Assembly: GCA_035405645.1 (NCBI GenBank)
Contig: DAONJL010000011.1
Coordinates: 37 to 64,036 of the forward strand
DNA length: 64,000 nt
Source: a bacterium
GTDB lineage: Bacteria; JAGOBX01; DAONJL01
Reading direction: 5' to 3'
The notes under the pieces were generated by a model. The model searched no databases, had not been told where the DNA came from, and saw only the letters and a program-made list of their open reading frames with translations. Position 1 is the first letter of the stretch. Each line of letters starts with the position of its first letter. The position numbers and the translations under genes were made by a program. This document shows positions 60,868-64,000 of the stretch, one piece after another.

Positions 60868-61241
60868 TATGTCTTATTATTAAATAAATTTTCTATCTCC
60901 TGATTTAATTCTTTAATATTAAATGGTTTTGTAATATATTTTAGTACACCCATACTTAATAATTTATTTATTTCTTCTGGTTTTACTTTTGCCGAAAGAA
61001 TAAAGATAGGTATTTTTGATAATTCTTCATCTTTTTTAAGTTCTTCTACTACCTGATAACCATTCATTTCTGGCATCATTAAATCAAGTAAAATCAAATC
61101 TGGTTTTATTTGCTTAATCAAATTTAAACCAACTAATCCATTTTCAGCTTCATAAATTTCATAGCCTTTTATCTTCAAATTGAAATTCAGTATTTTTCTT
61201 AAATTTATTTCATCATCAATTATAATTATTTTTTTTGCCAT
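60867..61241 (-). CDS. Single-domain response regulator (CheY-like) translationally coupled to rpoN
   Basis: Acidic pocket IIIIDDE, phospho-acceptor motif LILLDLMMPEMNG, and conserved T/S (ILSAK) and K (ITKPF). Its last base (60867) is the first base of the rpoN start codon. Confidence 0.7.
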   Translation of the reverse strand: MAKKIIIIDDEINLRKILNFNLKIKGYEIYEAENGLVGLNLIKQIKPDLILLDLMMPEMNGYQVVEELKKDEELSKIPIFILSAKVKPEEINKLLSMGVLKYITKPFNIKELNQEIENLFNNKT

Positions 61242-61252
61242 TTTATTCCTTC

Positions 61253-63904
61253 CTATTTTTCAATAAAGATAATTGATGTTAATGGTTCAATTGTTATTTC
61301 AATTTTTGATTTATAAATTTTATTATTTATTCCATTTATATCTATTTTTTCACCATTTGAAATTTGTTGCCATAAACTTTCATCATTAAAATTAATATTA
61401 AAATTTGCTAATACTGAATAATCAGCATTTATTAAAACTAAAATTCTTTTTTTGCCATTTGAGCAATCAGCATTTATTAAATAACCAATAGAATACGAAT
61501 TATCAGTAAAATAAAATTGATAATATTGATTATTGTTTTTTGTTAATTTTAAAATTGAACCATATTCACTATTTCGAAATTTTATTAAGCCTTTATAATA
61601 TTCATATTCCCGTTTGTTTTTTTCTTTAAAATTATATTTAAGCGAATTTATTTCATCACCTGAATTATAACTATTTGGACATCCACTTTTGCTTCGTAAA
61701 AATTCTTGACCACCTGCTATCATTGGAATACCAGCAGAAGTAAAAAGAATTGTTGCGCAGATTCTATTCATTGCTTTTTCTTTTTCATCACAAAATAAAC
61801 CATTATGGTCTTCACGATTTGATAAATCATCAGTTAATGTAAAATCATCGTGTGATTCAACATAGTTTATTGTTTCTAATGGATTGACTGTCCAAATATT
61901 TGTAGAACCACTTATTACATTGCATAAAATATTTAATGAACTTAATTTATGTTTTACAAAATCTTTCACAGTATTACGAAAATCATCATTCCAGCTTGAC
62001 CAATTTCTATTTTTTAATTTGCCTTTTAATGACCCTCTAAAACTCCACGGCTCTGCAATTAATATTATATCAGGTTTTATTTTTGTTAATTCATTTTCTA
62101 TTTCAAATAATGTTTCTAAATCAATTAATTCAGTAAGGTCAAAGCGAAAGCCATCAATGTGATAGTGATTTACAAAATGTTTTAGACTATCAATAATTAA
62201 TTTTCTAACCATTGGATTTTCTGTTTTAAAATCATTACCACAACCAGAATAATTCAAATAAGCATAATATTTATTTAATCTGTAATAATAGAAATTATCA
62301 TAGCCTTTATAATAATCTGGTGAACCTGTATGATTATAAACAACATCCATTATTACTGCAATATTATTTTTATGTAATATGTCAATTAATTTTTTATATT
62401 CTGTAATTTGTTTACCTTTTTCTGGCGCTGTTGAATAAGAACTTTCTGGAGTAAAAAATAATGATGTCATATAGCCCCAATGATATGAACCTGGGGGATT
62501 ATCATCAAATTCGTGAACTGGTAAAAATTCTATTGCATTTATTCCTAATTCTTTTATATGACCAATTCCAGTATCTAAATTTTCTGTTAATATCAAACCT
62601 AAATATTTACCACGAAATTTTTCTTCTACTTTGCTTGAAATATCTGCTGTTAAATCTCTTATTGATGCTTCATATATAATTAAATCTTTTTTTTCTGGTG
62701 TTTTGAATTTATTATCAGTCCAGCCAGGAAATATATCATCATTAACATCGGGATTTATTACAATGCTTTTACCATAATGATAAACATTTGCATAAGCATA
62801 TAAATCTGATAATAACCAATTTGGATTAAAATATTCGCCCTCACCTTCTAAACCTGATAAAGTATATTTATAATATTTTCCAATTAAATTTTCATTTATT
62901 TCAAATTCCCACACACCATCATCATCTTTTTTCATTTCAAAAATGTTAAATGGTTTTTTATCATCAAAATTTTTATAAAGATGAAGAGAAGCAGAAGAAG
63001 CACGTGGTGAAAATAATCTAAATGTTGTTTTATTATTTGCTGGATTATAATTAGCACCTAATTTTTTTTGACTAATAAAATTTTTTTGAAATAATTCATC
63101 TGATGGTTTTAATTCATATATTAATGATTGTTCATCTAAATTTATTATTTTTATTTTATTTAATTTTGTTATATCTAATTTTGTTGTTTCTAAAATTACA
63201 ATTGAACTTTCAGTAAAAATAAAATTTATTTTTTTTTCAAATAAACCTGATTTGTTTTGCACGATATTTTCATCAATAAGAATTTCATTAAATATAGGTT
63301 GATTATTGTATTTTTTAAGATTTGATTTTTTAATTTGAAGAATTAAATCATCATTTGTTCGAAAAATTGTTATTTCATTTTCATCAAAGGATTTTAACCA
63401 ATTTTCAATATTTATATTAACATTAAAATTTTTATCTGATTTTTTTTGATTAAATGAAAAGTATAATTTTATTATTTCATTATTTATTTCATAAGATGAA
63501 AGAAACAAATTTTTTATATCAGGCAAAATTATTATATTGTTAATTTTAATATCATTATTTAAAAGAAAATCTAAGTTCTGGATTTTATTAAATCCGCGAT
63601 TTATTTTTAATCTGATTTTATTTAAATCAATAATTTCAGCACTATCAATAAAATAATACGGGTCATAAATTTCATTATTATCATTTATATAAATTACACG
63701 ATTTTCACCTGCTTCCCAATTACCATCAATAATAAATTTATAAAAATGTTTCCCTTTTGGAATTTCACTAACAGGATAAATAAAAGTATCATCATTTATT
63801 TTTGTAAGAAAAAATCTATCTGGTTGCCAATTATTCCAGTCACCTGCAATACTTACTTTATTTATATTATTTTTTTTGAAGATAATATTTTTTTTATTAT
63901 CCAT
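61253..63904 (-). CDS. Pullulanase-type GH13 debranching enzyme with an N-terminal starch/glycogen-binding module
   Basis: GH13 regions I-IV (DVVYNH; GFRFDLTE; IAEPW; YVESHDD), a pullulanase-type SYHWGY motif, and an N-terminal GDWNNW..YKFIIDGNWE CBM48-like module. Confidence 0.75.
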   Translation of the reverse strand: MDNKKNIIFKKNNINKVSIAGDWNNWQPDRFFLTKINDDTFIYPVSEIPKGKHFYKFIIDGNWEAGENRVIYINDNNEIYDPYYFIDSAEIIDLNKIRLKINRGFNKIQNLDFLLNNDIKINNIIILPDIKNLFLSSYEINNEIIKLYFSFNQKKSDKNFNVNINIENWLKSFDENEITIFRTNDDLILQIKKSNLKKYNNQPIFNEILIDENIVQNKSGLFEKKINFIFTESSIVILETTKLDITKLNKIKIINLDEQSLIYELKPSDELFQKNFISQKKLGANYNPANNKTTFRLFSPRASSASLHLYKNFDDKKPFNIFEMKKDDDGVWEFEINENLIGKYYKYTLSGLEGEGEYFNPNWLLSDLYAYANVYHYGKSIVINPDVNDDIFPGWTDNKFKTPEKKDLIIYEASIRDLTADISSKVEEKFRGKYLGLILTENLDTGIGHIKELGINAIEFLPVHEFDDNPPGSYHWGYMTSLFFTPESSYSTAPEKGKQITEYKKLIDILHKNNIAVIMDVVYNHTGSPDYYKGYDNFYYYRLNKYYAYLNYSGCGNDFKTENPMVRKLIIDSLKHFVNHYHIDGFRFDLTELIDLETLFEIENELTKIKPDIILIAEPWSFRGSLKGKLKNRNWSSWNDDFRNTVKDFVKHKLSSLNILCNVISGSTNIWTVNPLETINYVESHDDFTLTDDLSNREDHNGLFCDEKEKAMNRICATILFTSAGIPMIAGGQEFLRSKSGCPNSYNSGDEINSLKYNFKEKNKREYEYYKGLIKFRNSEYGSILKLTKNNNQYYQFYFTDNSYSIGYLINADCSNGKKRILVLINADYSVLANFNINFNDESLWQQISNGEKIDINGINNKIYKSKIEITIEPLTSIIFIEK

Positions 63905-63963
63905 AAATATTTTAATTTTATAATAAAAATTAAAAGTAAATCAAGACTTTAATAAAAAAATTG

Positions 63964-63993
63964 CGGGAAGTTTACAGACATGGTATACCCTTT
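63964..63993. repeat. Right copy of the 30-bp terminal inverted repeat. It is followed by 7 nt (tcttaag) to the window end.
   Basis: cgggaagtttacagacatggtatacccttt is the reverse complement of bases 1-30 with one mismatch. Confidence 0.6.
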
Positions 63994-64000
63994 TCTTAAG

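Noticed and set aside
1-64000. Prophage, plasmid or integrative-element interpretation of the whole window prompted by the terminal inverted repeats
   Set aside because: No integrase, transposase, replication, partition or phage structural genes are recognisable. The content is chromosomal housekeeping plus envelope genes. The TIRs are more simply explained as ends of flanking repeat copies.

Overview
This 64 kb window comes from an extremely AT-rich bacterial chromosome (roughly 25% GC, densely coding, all three stop codons in use). No tRNA or rRNA genes, CRISPR arrays, transposases or integrases are visible. The gene content reads as an uncultured low-GC lineage with a type IX secretion (T9SS)-like cell surface. 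There is a 3255-aa repeat-rich surface protein ending in a T9SS type-A C-terminal sorting domain, immediately followed by a PorV/PorQ-like barrel and a TonB-dependent receptor. A separate 1920-aa outer-membrane barrel may be the translocon. Housekeeping blocks are ilvE, mcsA-mcsB-clpC (no ctsR), hisB-hisH, proC, rpoN, two phosphate transporters (NptA-like and PiT plus its DUF47 partner), a pullulanase, and a glycosylation cluster (GT4 glycosyltransferase, a methyltransferase, and two membrane glycosyltransferase/ligase proteins fused to TPR repeats). Accessory features that deserve attention are listed below. (1) A tightly overlapping operon encoding a secreted SH3b-like protein, small ORFs, a CheY-like receiver, a prepilin-type pseudopilin and a YibE/F-like membrane protein pair. 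(2) Two tandem full-length GspE/PilB secretion ATPases behind an unknown 464-aa protein, with no platform protein or secretin nearby. (3) An orphan PduS-PduT pair (RnfC-like Fe-S flavoprotein plus tandem-BMC shell protein) outside any microcompartment locus. (4) A PiT phosphate transporter gene interrupted by one in-frame TAA exactly between its two homologous halves. (5) A perfectly symmetric 55-bp palindromic promoter region between the two divergent phosphate transporter genes. (6) A CheY-like receiver whose coding sequence ends 1 nt into the rpoN start codon. (7) A 30-bp imperfect inverted repeat at the two ends of the window. All protein family assignments are from reading motifs by eye, not from searches, and lineage placement is inference only.
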